Source: Callorhinchus milii
Taxonomy: Eukaryota
Direction of reading: 5' to 3'
Assembly: GCF_018977255.1 (NCBI RefSeq)
Contig: NW_024704742.1
Location: 39,496,001 to 39,560,000, forward strand
Length of the DNA stretch: 64,000 nucleotides
The position numbers and the translations under genes are program-made. Below the pieces are notes generated by a model, which was given only the letters and a program-made list of their open reading frames with translations, did not search any database and was not told where the DNA came from. Below are positions 49,725 through 62,778 of the stretch, piece by piece. Numbering within the stretch: the stretch's first letter is position 1; each line of letters begins with the position of its first letter.

Positions 49725-49969
49725 TAGCACAAAGCAGATCCTTCAAGAAGGAAAAGTCAGCTCTCTGAGGACACTCAGTTGGCTCTTTGCCCTGGGGGGA
49801 CATTCTGGAGGTGTTGTTCAGGGCTGCAGGCAGCATTGCCACCCTCACTTCTGAAAACAGAACGTGGGAAAACAGAATGGCAGCAGTCAATGAGGCCCAC
49901 AACACCTCCCAGACCTGCCATGAAGTACCTGCCAGAAAAAAATCAATAATTTTAATCATATCACCATTT

Positions 49970-50212
49970 GACTTACAAATTTACATTTATATGCCGCCTT
50001 TCATGTTGGGAGGACATGCTGGACAGTCCAAGGTTTGCACCCGAGCTGGAGGTGGGTCGGGGGCAAGGGGATGAGGGCAGGTCTCAGAGGTAGGGTAGGG
50101 CAAGACCATGGGGGAGAATTAAAGGTTAGGATGAGCATCTTGCAACTCAATCTGCTAAGCGTTGGGGAGCCAGCGGAGCCAATCAAGCATGTGGGTAATA
50201 GGCTCACAGAGC
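49970..50212 (-). mobile_element. internally deleted L2 3' fragment
   Basis: L2 tail joined directly to KMLILTF/LHWLP-region sequence. Confidence 0.75.
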
Positions 50213-50213
50213 C

Positions 50214-50608
50214 TATAATAATAATAATAATAACAATAATAATCACTCCATTTGATATAGTGCCTTATCACGTCTTCTAGATGTCTCAAAGTGTATATTC
50301 TGTGAAGCAAATTGACTGCATGTTTTGTGAGCGAAACGTAGCAGCCAATTGTGCACACCAGTGTCCCACAAACAGTCGTGGATTAAGTGATCAAATTATT
50401 ATTATTTATTTAAAAATAATTTTGAAGAATTATTACCCCCGGAAAAGCAATCCGTTAATTGACTAACAACTGGGTTCCTACTTATTGCTTGGTAAACAGA
50501 GGTGTGTGGAATAAGGAAACTTGCCCAACGTTTCGCTCTGCCGGGAATTGAGCCCAGGTCCACTTGCTTGCGAAGCGAGTGCTCTAACCACTAAGTTACA
50601 GCACTCCA
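50214..50608 (-). mobile_element. tRNA-derived SINE, long (older) subfamily
   Basis: Same head and tail plus central cctctgtttaccaagcaataagtaggaacccagttgttagtc segment. Confidence 0.9.
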
Positions 50609-51384
50609 TGTATTGCCTTATCAAATCAATGAGATGTCTCAAAATGCTTCACAGGATTTTGCTGAGAAGTGTAGTGACCTTGTATTTGTAAGTGAATGTG
50701 GCAGCCAACTTGTTCACAGTAATGGTCCACAAACAACCATGAAATGTGACCAATTATATTTGGGGGATTGTTGCTGAAAAGGAGAGCCAAGATCAGTCAA
50801 TCGCAATATTATTTGCTGTAAGGCAATTATTCTAAGCAGAGTTCGAAGGTGAACAAAGTCAAGGTACTGGTGATGACACCAATAGTTAATTTTATGCCTA
50901 CATATTACTGTCTTGCAGGAGAAGCTCATAAGCAACAGGAAAAGGCACAAGGGGCAGGTGGAGGCAAGTTCATTGAAGAAAAGTTGTTGATGGTGGAGGA
51001 AATCATTGTTTCTTTCATAAATAAAGATCGACTTGTGGAACTTCCTGACGAGCCCCAGGTGGGAAACAGGTAAATTAATGAATTTACGTTTGCAACACGC
51101 AGAAAACTGTGGTTATTTATTTATAGAGTGTGTTATCAACCTTCCACCCAAAACACTCATTCAATTATTAACCCTCCGTCTGTTTTACCAATTGGTATTT
51201 TTCAGAAACTCCGCCATGTGTTTGACCTGCCCCCTGACCAGCAGCAGCAGTGTAAGGTGTTGTTCATACTCTGAGACATTCTCCTCCTTCCACCAAATCC
51301 ATTTCCCTGACACAATTAGACTGAATGCAAAGCACATCCTCTGCATGCTGTCACTCAGAGACACGTATGCAAAAAAAAAGGATT

Positions 51385-52010
51385 AGTTGAAGTGATTTTT
51401 TGGACGAAATAACCGGCAATATAGATGAAGTTAATGTATGGATATGGTATATATGGATTTTCAGAAAGTTTTTGATAAGGTCCCACATAGGGTTTTTTTT
51501 TTTAAAAAATTAGGGCAGATGGTATTAATAAAAAAGGTAGCAGCTTGGATTGAAAGTTGGTTCAATGATCAGAAACTTAAGGAGGGAGTGCAGGGTTGTT
51601 GTTTGCAATGGAGAGATGTAAATAGTCATGTCCCTCAGGGGTCAGTGTTAGGGCCACTAGTTTCCTTCATTTATATAAATAACCTGGATTCTGATATAGG
51701 AGGCACAATTTTTAAATTTGCAGATACACAAACATAGGGACTGTAGCTACCAATGAAGAAGACAGTAAACAACTTTATGGGGACGTAGAGCGATTAGTTG
51801 ATTGTACAGAAAAATGGTAATTAAATTTAATGCTGACAAATGTGAGGTTATACATTTTAGTTGCAAAAATAAGGAGAACAAGTATATATTGGGCAGTAAA
51901 ATATTCTGAGCAACTGTGACTTTTTCTGCTAAAGCAAAGAAACTTGAGGATAAGCTGATAAAATTCTTTAAAATTATGAGGGGTTTCGACAGAGTCAAGA
52001 TATAGAACAG
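51385..52010 (+). mobile_element. CR1 RT fragment
   Basis: DMVYMDFQKVFDKVPH...[10 protein letters not shown]...FKFAD. Confidence 0.92.
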
Positions 52011-53082
52011 CAGAGAAAATATCTAAAGCATCTGAAGACCAAAGAGCCTGAATGACATTAAGGTCCACAAAAGACACTTGTTCATGGGACAATAATAATA
52101 ATAATATAATGGCTTATCATGTCTTTGGGTGTCTCAAAGCGCTTCACAGAATATAATGTAAAGTTTGATTTTTTGGTTGAGTTAAGCCAATGTCCAACTC
52201 TGCTTATCCAGCAGCCTACTGAGGATTATATATGGATACAGGCCCAAACATTGTAATAGAATGATGCTGAGAAGGGCGGAAAATGGTGTCAATAAAATAA
52301 TCCTAATAATAGGTTTGCACTTGATGTTGTGCAATTCACATCAGGAGGATTTCCTGCTTCACATATCAAAACACTTCAACCCAATAACAACTTATATTTA
52401 TTTAGCGTCCTTTATTTAGGTTTAGAGTACTTCAGAATGACAGGTTCAGATGCAGAGCAAGGAAGAAGGAAGAGGGGCAAGAGGATGATGGCCTCAGGTA
52501 CTTTCAAAGAGGATTACTGTAAGGTGCTTCACGGGATTTACTGTAAAGTGTCGTGGCTGTATTTTGTAGGCTTGTGATAAATTGCCCACAGTTTTCAGCA
52601 ATATTTTTATTGACATTTTACAAATTGTAATTTTGCCCCTAAAGGCTGGCAGCATGAATACTGACAGGAGAAATGTTAGGCATTTGATCTCTGGGCATCT
52701 ATCATTTGCAGATCACATTGGATGACACCTTATTTCACTGACATTACAGATGATTGTGTTTTTTTTTAGTTCTGTGTTTCGGGTCATGGTGCTCAGTGCT
52801 GATTAAAGCGGATCCTAGAAAATGGATTCATACAATTATTTTGGCTCACAGTGAAACATTCCTTCAGAAGCTTTTCAAATAATTATCTGATGGGCTATGA
52901 GTCAGTGAAGTTATATCTGGAGCTAATCTCATTTTTTCATGCGAAACAAGCAGTGAGAGGACAGTTTGATTCATATTGCAATCAGCCACGTAGCTGGCAA
53001 ACTGAAACATCAATAACAGGAATCAAAAGTTACTTTAAACCAACAGTCCACAAATTGCCAATTTTGTAGAATGGCAAAGTTA

Positions 53083-53355
53083 ATAATTATAATCATCCTT
53101 GCTTTTGATATAGCGCCTTATCACGTTGATACATCTTAAAACATTGTACAATATTCCTGTCAAAGTGACTGTGTATCTGCAGGCAAACGTAGCAGGCAAT
53201 TTAGGTACAGCAATGCTCTACAAATAGCCAGAAGGTGAATGACCAACTTAACTGGAGAGAATGCACTAGCAAGGACACTGGGAGAAACTCCCTTCTCTTT
53301 TCAAATAATGCAATCTTTAACATCTATCTAAACAGACAGCCCTCGGTTTAACAGT
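53083..53355 (-). mobile_element. DeuSINE 3' part
   Basis: aaggacactgggagaaactcccttctc...atctttaacatc. Confidence 0.8.
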
Positions 53356-53364
53356 TCACAGGAT

Positions 53365-54830
53365 CATGTGATTAGTCTGGATGAAGAATGTCCTTCGGTC
53401 CATTCGATCTCATTTCTCCAGAACACCCACCCTACCATTGTCCCATCATTGCATCAAGCTACTTTTTCAATGTCTAGTGTCTTGGCCTCTATCACCTTTC
53501 TTGATAACCTTTTCCAGTCATTGATTACCCTCTAAGTAAATAAAAACTTCTTGATATCTGACCTGAAGTTGCACTTTACAACACTTAACCTATGTCCTCT
53601 TGTTCTACTGATACATCCTAAATTATTGAGCTGGATTTACTTTTTCAATCCCATTTAACATTTTGTATGCCTCTATGAAGTTGTCTTCTCTCAAGACTAA
53701 AGTAGTCTAGCATGTCTAATCATTGATTATAGCTTATTCCTCTCCTCTGCACCTTAACTTGCGGTGACCAGAACTGCATGGAATATTCAAAGGCTGTCTG
53801 ATCAAAGCACTGTATAGCCTGAGTAAGATGTCTAGGGATCTAAACTCAACTGATTTAGCAATGTAGCCCAGCATCCTGTTTACCTTGTTTATTGCTGCCT
53901 AACACAGGTTTGACAGTGATGAGCCGACTAACATCCCCAGATCTGTTTCATCTTCCCCCTTGGCAAGTTCAATCCCATCCATGGAGTACTTGCGTTTCCT
54001 ATTCTTGGATCCTATATGTAGTACTTTGCATTTATCAGTGTTAAACTTCCTTTGTCAGTTATCAGCCCATTTGCATTTCCCTATCGAGCTTTCTTTGTAG
54101 AATCTTTGCTTGCACCTCTGATTTCACAGATCCCCCCAATTTGATGTCATTGTAAATGTAATTATCTAATACTAGGTCTGCGAATTCAGGTCATTAATGT
54201 ACAAGAAACAGGAGGGGTGCCATTACAAACCCCTGAGGCACCCCACTTAATACCTCTCCCCAGTTTGAGTCAGCTACCCTAACAAAGATTCACTGCTTCC
54301 TTCCCTTCAGCCAATTCTGAATCTATGTCCATTCTTGCCCTTGATACCCAGTGACCACAGTTTGTTTTCAAATGGTACTTTTTCTTTCAAGTGGTACTTT
54401 GTCAAACGCCTTTTGCGATAAACATTAAACATCTAGGTATAGTACATTGTATGGTTTCCCACTGTAAAATTTCTGCTCAATAAGATTGATCAGACAAAAC
54501 TTACCCTTTCTTAACCCCTGTTGTGTGCAATTGGCTGCTGCATTTCACCCACAAAATATACAGTCAATTCACTTTTGTAATATATTCTGTGAAGTGCTTT
54601 GAGACATCTTGAAGACGAGATAAGGCGCTATACCAAATGCAAGGATTATTATTGATTGTCAATTATTGATTAGATTTCTTCACTTCCTTTCTGATGATTG
54701 AACTCCATAATTTTCTTCTTATTAAGATCAGGCTAATGGATCTATAGTTGCAAGGTTTCATTTTGTCGCCCTCTCCTCTTGAATATAGGAACAACATTTT
54801 GTTGCTTCCAGTCCTTTGGAACCTCCCTAT
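53365..54830 (-). mobile_element. old CR1 fragment with SINE tail inserted at ~54520-54652
   Basis: Reverse-strand GVPQG (ccctgaggcacccc), KAFDKVP (ggtactttgtcaaacgcctt) and FNTDKCKV (ctttgcatttatcagtgttaaac). Confidence 0.85.
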
Positions 54831-55921
54831 TCCTGATTGGCTCTCTCATAATCCCTTAATTTAGACTAGGTGCTCAAAGTCCCCAAACCGGAATTTGAAC
54901 CCAGAATCTTCTCATACAGAGACAAGAATGCTCCCAACACAGCCAACGCTGATTGCAGAATGTAGATCAACAAATTCCATACTCTTTCCAGTGTGATATC
55001 ATCCACCAGCAAAACTGCCCAGCAAATTAGAGCATCTGTACTTCCATACATGGGTCATTAAAAGACTACATAAGCAACTTTTGCAAAATATGCAGCTGCA
55101 TTTTGAAGGTCCCCCAAAAAATGTAAATAGGGATTTACCTATTTTCTAAGTATTTGTTCTCCATCTGTTTTCAGTTTTATGAAATGGGCCAAGTTCTATC
55201 CTGTAAAAGGAATGAAAACATGAAGTAAAACAATTGTTACTACATGTTTGAACTGGGTGGTGCCTAAAATCTTTGTAATTACAGGTTCAGACTGACTTTT
55301 TAAAATTCTTGTTTTCAATAATTCCAGTTGCACAGGTCTAGTCTGAACATAATTACTGTTTACTGATTGCACATAACACTCCTCTATTGTTTCATTGCAA
55401 TGCATAGTATCTGAACTATTTGGGCCTGTACTGTATTTTGGAGATGTTTGGCACAGTAACTGAGCACAATTTGTTTGTTCTTTGGTCCAACTAATTTGTA
55501 ATCACTGGGAAAACAGATTAAAGAAACTGTAAAACCCAATAATAAAATTGCCAAAACACAACTGCTGAATACATCTTGATATAATGAAAACTGAATTATT
55601 CTGACCTAAAGAGGCCAAGAGCGAACAAGCTTAAAGGGATTGTTCACTGAGTGCTCAACATGTTTAGTAAATATGATGGGTTTAAAATTCAGGTGAGGAA
55701 AGATAATTTCCGAAGAACTCATTGTAATGCCCTGTTTCGGGTCCATAACCTAAACATTGAATTATTACTGGGCATTGGTCAAAATGGCTGCCATATGTTA
55801 CTTCCTGTGCACTGTGCAAGTATGCAAGAAGTATGACTGATGCCATTTCCAGAAAAATCAGCCACCACTGATGTTGTTTTCTGCAGTCTGCACATGGACC
55901 TGGCTTCATGTGTTAAAAATG

Positions 55922-56478
55922 AATAATAATAATTGTTATATTTGGTATAGCTGCTTTCACATCAGGAGACCTCTCAAAGCACTTCACTGGCTATACTGTA
56001 AAGCATAGTAACTATATTTCATAGGTAAACAGGGCAGCCAATTTACACATAGCAATGTCCCACAAACAGTCATAAAGTAAATGACCAATTTTATTTGGGG
56101 CATTATTGGCCAGGACATCAGGATAAAACCCTTCTCTTTTCAGCTAGTGCCATGGGATCTTGAACAGGAAGACAAGACCTCAGGTTATTTGAAGAAAGCA
56201 CCTCCGACAATGCAACATTCTCTTTACTTTGCACTGGAGAGTCAACCTAGACTATGAGCTCAAAATCTTGATGTGTGGTTTGAACCTACAACGTTCTGCT
56301 GTCAAGAAATAGCCCCCTGAACTTTCACACTAGGGTCCAGTGCTCAATCAGTAGTGTGCTTTCAGTTTATTTTTGTTTGAATATTTCGTGATTTATGGGA
56401 TGAATCAAGAAATATTGAATCATAAACATTTATTTTGTTGACCGACTATAAATATTGTACTCAACTGAGTTAGCATAT
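55922..56478 (-). mobile_element. DeuSINE with palindromic element inserted in its head (56299-56456)
   Basis: gtgccatgggatct...gcacctccgacaatgc; head resumes at gtactcaactgag. Confidence 0.82.
56299..56456. mobile_element. second copy of the palindromic element
   Basis: ctgtcaagaa...ttcagttt...gaatatttcgtgatttatgggatgaatcaagaaatattgaatc aligns with 46193-46340. Confidence 0.65.
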
Positions 56479-56642
56479 AATATGAGTTAGTATTTAATAA
56501 CACTTTTTTAAAGTAGACTATTGTGTGGTAGAAAATTCTGGTATAGTCTACTTTTACATAAGTAGGGTGAAGAAATCTCTAAATGTTATTCAGCCTTCTT
56601 ATGGTGCACGTATGAAGCACATTGTTACCATGTAGATGTACT

Positions 56643-56862
56643 TAATAATAATAATAATAATAATAATCCTTGCATTTGATATAGCGCTTTTCACGTTGGG
56701 AGGACGTCCCAAAGCGCTTCACAGAGCATACTGTAAAGTGAATTGACTGTATATTTGTGGGAGAACGCGGCAGCCAATTGCACACAGTATGTCCCACAAA
56801 CAGTCGTAGATTGAAAATGACCAATTTTATTATTGTTTTTCATTTTGGAGGGATTATTATTA
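56643..56862 (-). mobile_element. young SINE, 5'-truncated
   Basis: 3' two-thirds of the same family with (TTA)n. Confidence 0.92.
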
Positions 56863-58887
56863 CTTGGGCACAAAGATCAAAAATTGTGGAACAGCAGGCA
56901 GATGATCAAGGCATTTTGAGTTCGATATCTGCCATTTGTTGCAGGGCAAGGGACAAAGAACACAAGCAGAAGCATGTGAGATCAGTACCTCAGTAGGTGG
57001 AGTGGGAAAATATGTTGTCAATATCTGAGGAAGATTCAGATTCATTGTTTCTTGAATGAAGACCTGAGATTAATTGACCTTAGGGCACAAAATATAATGT
57101 TCACTTTGGTGTGCTACTCAGATTAGAATGTGGCTGATATCATGCCCTATGACACTGACATGATTTCATCGTGGAAGATGAGATGGCACATTTTGTAAGT
57201 ATAAACAGTGCAGTGGAACTGACAGCGGATCAATACCTTCCTTGTGTCGAGTGGGCTCTCATTCTAACTCATGCTGAAAGCCAATTTGCAAAGCAATTTT
57301 GTAGCAAAGATAACAGATAGCTTGTGGTATATATAGTACATAGATATTGTTAAATCAGAATATAAATGTGTTGGAATAAAGCTATTTGTGCAGATATTAG
57401 GTGACTTCAAAATAGCTGAGAATTATTGTGTTAAGTATATTTCTTTTTTTGATATTTTCCACATATCTGTGTAGGTCCTGGCCAACATATTTATTTCATT
57501 GTTAACTACAGTATCAAAATAAAGCCTAATTTAAACGATATTTTCAATTATTCTGTGCAAAGATGATTCCATTTAATATTAGCATTTCTGATTCAGATTC
57601 ATTTGTATCTGACATGGGTAAGATATTTGCTGGAATATAGAACCCAAAACGAAGAAAAATAGCAGACATGTCAGCCACACCCCAATAGCAACATCTATTT
57701 ACACTGCCATCCACTGCTTTCCTTTTACATGAATCAACACTGTCACCAGGCATGGCCTTCAGCACACATCTGTGCTCAGGGGCAGGAAAGGGTAAAGGGT
57801 GCCCGACTTGTGAATGTGTGCTTGGAATGTCAAAAGTAATCAGGCTGACAATAGTGTCAGAGTTGACCTGATCTCTAACTACGGCACATCAATTAAAACA
57901 GCAATCCTTAACAGCATCCAGCAAGTACTTTTTATCCACAGTTTTCAAGCTACACGGTGTGGTTCAAGGTATTCATTAATTTTTCTGGCATGGATAAGAC
58001 CTCTGCCGAGACCATTAACACTGAAATTATGTTTGAGTGAGGTCAAGGGGCATTTCTGGGTGAGCTTCCCTAATGACTAAGCCACACTAAGTGCATTTAA
58101 TTATTTATTGGGATTGCAAAACCAGAAGAGATGTGTAATACTCCGGGAGAATAAGGTTGCTTTGTGAACTGGCTTTAAAAACACTTTCTGAATTCCAATT
58201 GACGTTTTACACAAACGAGCAGTGACAAGAGCTTCGCAGTGCACAGTTTGCTTGAATGTGGACAAATGGAAACTTAAAGGCCTCTAACCCACAATAAATC
58301 ATTCACAGGCATCAGAAGGTATTGTATGGAAGTAATATAAAATCAGTGGTAGAGAAAATTATCCACATTAAATTGCAGAAGACTCTGAAAAATAATTCAC
58401 AACTTCAAAATTCAGTTTGTGCTAGTTATGCGACAGAATATCGATACTGTAATTATAAATAGGAAAAGGACTTTAGATACATATCATAAGTGAGAATTGC
58501 AAAAAGGAGTTGAAGCCTAATATGAAAGAGTAAACAATCAACTCACAGTATCATGCCAAAAAAGGTTGCAGAATCATATAAAAATATAATAACTCCTGTC
58601 ATTTCTGACCTAAAGTTATTCAATATGTCAAATTTAACCTAAATAAATTTATGATTTAAGAATATAAGACAAGCCTGGTTTTATTAAACCCTTTAAGAAC
58701 TATGGCAGCCTTTGCCTCTATAATAAAAGAACACATTGAGATTTCAATTTAATGTTTAACCAGAGAATGATACGGATGTAAAAATATGCCAATCCTGAAT
58801 ATTTTACTTTTACTACTGGGATCACAAAAACAAAAGAAACAGAAAACTAGAACTGAAACACATGGGCAAAATGCCATCATATAGTTC

Positions 58888-59260
58888 ATAGCTTGGCTCA
58901 GTGGTAGCCTTCTTGCATGAGTCGGGACTTGAACTCACACTTGAATGTCAGCCACATAGCTGACATTCGAGTGCTGCATTGTCCAAGGTTCTGTCCTTTG
59001 GATGCAATGTTAAACTGAGATCCCATCTGCTTGTTCAGGTGAATGTTTAACACTATTCGTAAAGAGTGGGGAGTTTTTCCCGAAGTCCTGGCCAACAGTT
59101 CCCCAAATAAATTTGGTCATTCATTTCATGGCTGTTTGTGGGTCATTATTGCACGCAAATGTGCTGCTGCGTTTTGCTTATAAATACACTCCATTTCATA
59201 GTAAATCCTGTGAAGCACATTTGGTGATAAGGAGCTATACCAAATGCAAGCATTATTATT
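58888..59260 (+). mobile_element. DeuSINE
   Basis: ggctcagtggtag head; gttaaactgagatcccatctgcttgttcaggtg; tail. Confidence 0.82.
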
Positions 59261-61652
59261 ATAGTATAGTTTTCAGCCATGTATGAGGTCTCCTATACCA
59301 CTGTGTGGATATTTAGTTACAGCTGCTTACTGCTGAGAGTAATTGGAGAATATTGGTATTAGGCTAGAGATTGACACATTCCCTATTATCTATTTCTCAA
59401 AAGAAACAAGATGAATATTATGGTGGGAGTTCAATTGTGGAATGGGACCATGAAGCTGACAAGCTCAGGAATCGTAACTGTGATTAAAAGAATTGTTTTC
59501 ATACCAGCGGTAAACAGTCCCATAAGAGACAGAAAGAGAAAGACAGCAACGATACATAAGGTTTATAAGGGAATGGGCATGGTACCAATCATGGTACTGC
59601 AGTGACAGGAGACTGTGGGGTAGCTGTTTCAATTGTGTTGTGTTTCCAGAATCTGACCCACTCTAATCTATTTCACCACTCCTCTCACTGGATAGTCTTT
59701 TTTTTTATTGGAATAACATCTTAATGAAATAGCACAGATGCAGTTATGTGAAACCATTCAAAATGCATCATTGTGCCAAATAGATGAAATGAACAGCTAA
59801 TCTGGCTTTTCTTTCTCTCCAAACAAGAAAAGGCTTTGCTACAGATATTTTCAATCAAGTCAGAATCCCTTTAAAGGAGTTTTTTCCTCAATACCTCGCC
59901 ACATTTTGATTGTTTTCCACTTACGATGCATCTGCTACACCAAAGCAGGGCTATTATCATGCTTAGTGTAGGTCAGATGAATGGAAAATATGTGATGACA
60001 AGTGAAATATAGACCATCATCAATGACTGCAGCCCATCAAAACATTGGCAGAGAAGCATCATGGGCATACTACAATGAAGGCCAAACTACAAAGAAGACT
60101 ACAATTGGTAACCTTATAAGCCAAATCAAATGCCTCTGCAAATCACAAAGTGAGGTTTGGTATTGCTGATAGTTTCATTTTCTTTTCTTTCAGATATAAT
60201 TTAGCACTGGGCTGTTTGATTTCAGTGGTGGAAATATATTATACATACATTGAAATCTCATTAAAAATCAAACAGGCTTGTGTAAAATTTGTTCACTGAA
60301 TGAAAGACAATATTTTACACAGTTTATGTTAGCTAAGCTAATTATTTTACTACATCAAAAGACATTGATTTTGATTCATTCCCACATGCTCCAGAGCAGA
60401 GATATTCTGCAATATATTAGAGCTGATTCCAGCTGAGCACATACCTACTCCAAGTGCAATTCCAATTCAAGTGCAAGTTGGCAAAACTTTTTTAAAAAAG
60501 TGGAAATTGAACTCAATGGTCAAACAGATAAACAAATGCCCAGTGCCATTGATGTCTTCATTAACTTCCAAAGTTTAATAACCTAACAGCTGGGGCAGCT
60601 ATCTGGTTGTGTGGGGGGGTTGACGGTGGGTGGGTGGGGGTGGGGAGGGTGTTTTGAGAGTCTTTTATATGATAAAGTGGAATAAAAATTCAAGTTCTTT
60701 CTTTAAAAATGCAAGTTCTGTAACTCATTGAACAGGATAACTTATGTTACAATAAAATAAATTCTAACCTGCTGATTTCTCTCCATGTCTGGCTGACTTG
60801 CTCAGTTTTTGGAAAGTTAGACATGCAATACAAACTGAATGTAGAAGAATTTGTTCTCCGTTTCCACCCTCCTTCTCCCACATAATGTGCCTGGGCTGAG
60901 AATTTGGGGATAAAAAATACAGTGGTTAATAATAGCTTTGTAATCTGTGAATGTGGTGATGAAAAACCAGACAGGGTGATGAAAAATGTGATGTGATAAT
61001 CACATTGTTGAAGATTGCAGTCAAACCAGTTGATAAATGTCAACTGGCTGGAAAGTTTACAACTGCAATTTGTTATAATTTTACAAATGCAATTTGTCAT
61101 AATTTCACAACTTCAATTAGTCATATGACATTTTGTATGTTTCAGTGTTAAATTTTGATGCCGAGCTGGGTGGCCTGGGGGGTGCAATGTTGGGTATGGA
61201 AAATACTAGGACAAAGTTCATATTAATGTGGGGTGGATGTTGGTTGTTTAATCGTCTTTGAGGATTAGGCAATATCTATGTAGGACTTTTCCCAGCATAT
61301 AGAATGGGTTCTATGGAGCTTCATTACAGAGTAAGTTTTAATGGCCTGAAGAAAGATTGGTCACTGGGTTAAATTTTCACTCCATACATTGTTATATTCT
61401 TTATCACTTCCGTTTTACAGAAAGCCTATTCCTAATGTTGCATCGTAATAGAAGATCATGACTTAGGTATAAGTGGTCCACTGTGATCTAATTTTTAATG
61501 ATGAGTACATAAGAAATATAATAATCCACTGTGAAAGTTGGCCAAGAGATAGCAGTGCATTTTAAATATCTGAAGAATTTTATTTCTAATTGTTTTGGAT
61601 TAACTGTTTATCTTGGTTGTATTTTCAGCAGCTATTTAAATGATTAAAGCTG

Positions 61653-62778
61653 ATCATAGAATCATAGAATTATAAGGACAGAAGGAAGCCATTCGGCCCA
61701 TTGTGTCTGTGCCGGCTCTTTGAAAAGAGCTATCCAAATCAATCCCACTCCCCCGCTCTCTTCCCATAGCCCTGCAAACTTATCATAGGATCCCATATGC
61801 TTTTTTAACAGCTTTATCTACCTGTCCTGCCACCTTCAAATATTTAGTTATATGAAACCCCAGGTCTCTCTGTTCCTTCACCCACTTTAAGAGTCTACCA
61901 TCAGCTTATATTGCCTCTTCTCATTCTCCCTCCCAAAATACATCACTTTGTATTTCTCCACATCTGCCACATGTCTGCCCATTTTACCAGTCTGTCTATG
62001 TCCTCTTGCAGTCTGTTACTATCCTCCTCACTGTTTACCAGATTTCCTAGCTTAGTATCATCTGCAAACTTGGAAATTGTACTCCCTATATCCAAGTCCA
62101 GATAATTTATATAGATCAAAAACTGAAGTGTCCCTATACCGACCCCTGAAGAATGCCACTGCACACTTCCCTCCAGTCAGAAAAATAACCGTTCACCATC
62201 ACTCTTTGCTTTCTGTCTCCCAGCCAGTTCTGTATCCATGCTGCCACTATCCCTTGACTACCATGGTCTTTTATTTTGCTTACAAGTCTCTTATGTGGCA
62301 CTCAGTGGTTAGAGCACTCGCTTTGCAAGTGAGAGACCTGAGTTCAATTCCAGAGAGGGCGAAACCTTGGGCAAGTTTCCTTACTCCACACGCCTAATAA
62401 TAATTCCTCCAAGACAAAACAATAATAAATTGGTCATTTTCAATCTACGACTGTTTGTGGGACATTGCTGTGCGCAATTGGCTGCCACATTCGCCCACAA
62501 ATATACAGTCAATTCACTTTACAGTGTGTTCTGTGAAACGCTTTGGGACGTCCTCCCGACGTGAAAAGCGCTATATCAAATGCAAGGATTATTATTATTA
62601 TTATTTATCAAACACCTTTTGAAAATCCATATAAACTACATCGACTGCTCTACCTTCATCCACTCTTTCCATTACTTCATCAAAAAACTATCAGGTTTGT
62701 TAGACATGATTTGTCTTTAACAAATCGGTGTTGGCTGTTCTTTATTAACCCATATTTTTCTAAGTGAAAATTTATTTT
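61653..62778 (-). mobile_element. CR1 fragment with internal deletions, interrupted by a SINE at 62300-62605
   Basis: FLIYINYLD...ISKFADDTKLG...LQEDIDRLVKWA; catagaatcatagaat tail; KAFDKVP-like motif split by the SINE. Confidence 0.93.
62300..62605 (+). mobile_element. young tRNA-Ala-derived SINE inserted in CR1
   Basis: Same sequence as the 47061 copy, opposite strand, slightly 5'-truncated. Confidence 0.95.

Larger units (their letters stand above)
49745..51069 (+). pseudogene. probable PIF/Harbinger Myb/SANT-like gene remnant, fragmented by L2/SINE insertions
   Basis: EVLF...NRTWENRMAAVNEAHNTSQTCHE/CQKKINNF (49800-49950), then KVK|gt..ag|EKLISNRK/AQGAGGG..LLMVEEIIVSFI (50850-51069). Matches the recalled family pattern W..IA..VN...RT..QC.KK.NDL...K.EK...N.R....TGGG...L...EE. 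Confidence 0.5.

Noticed and set aside
56865..57000. Transposase-like words (RSKIVEQ...GIL)
   Set aside because: Too short and ambiguous to support a call.
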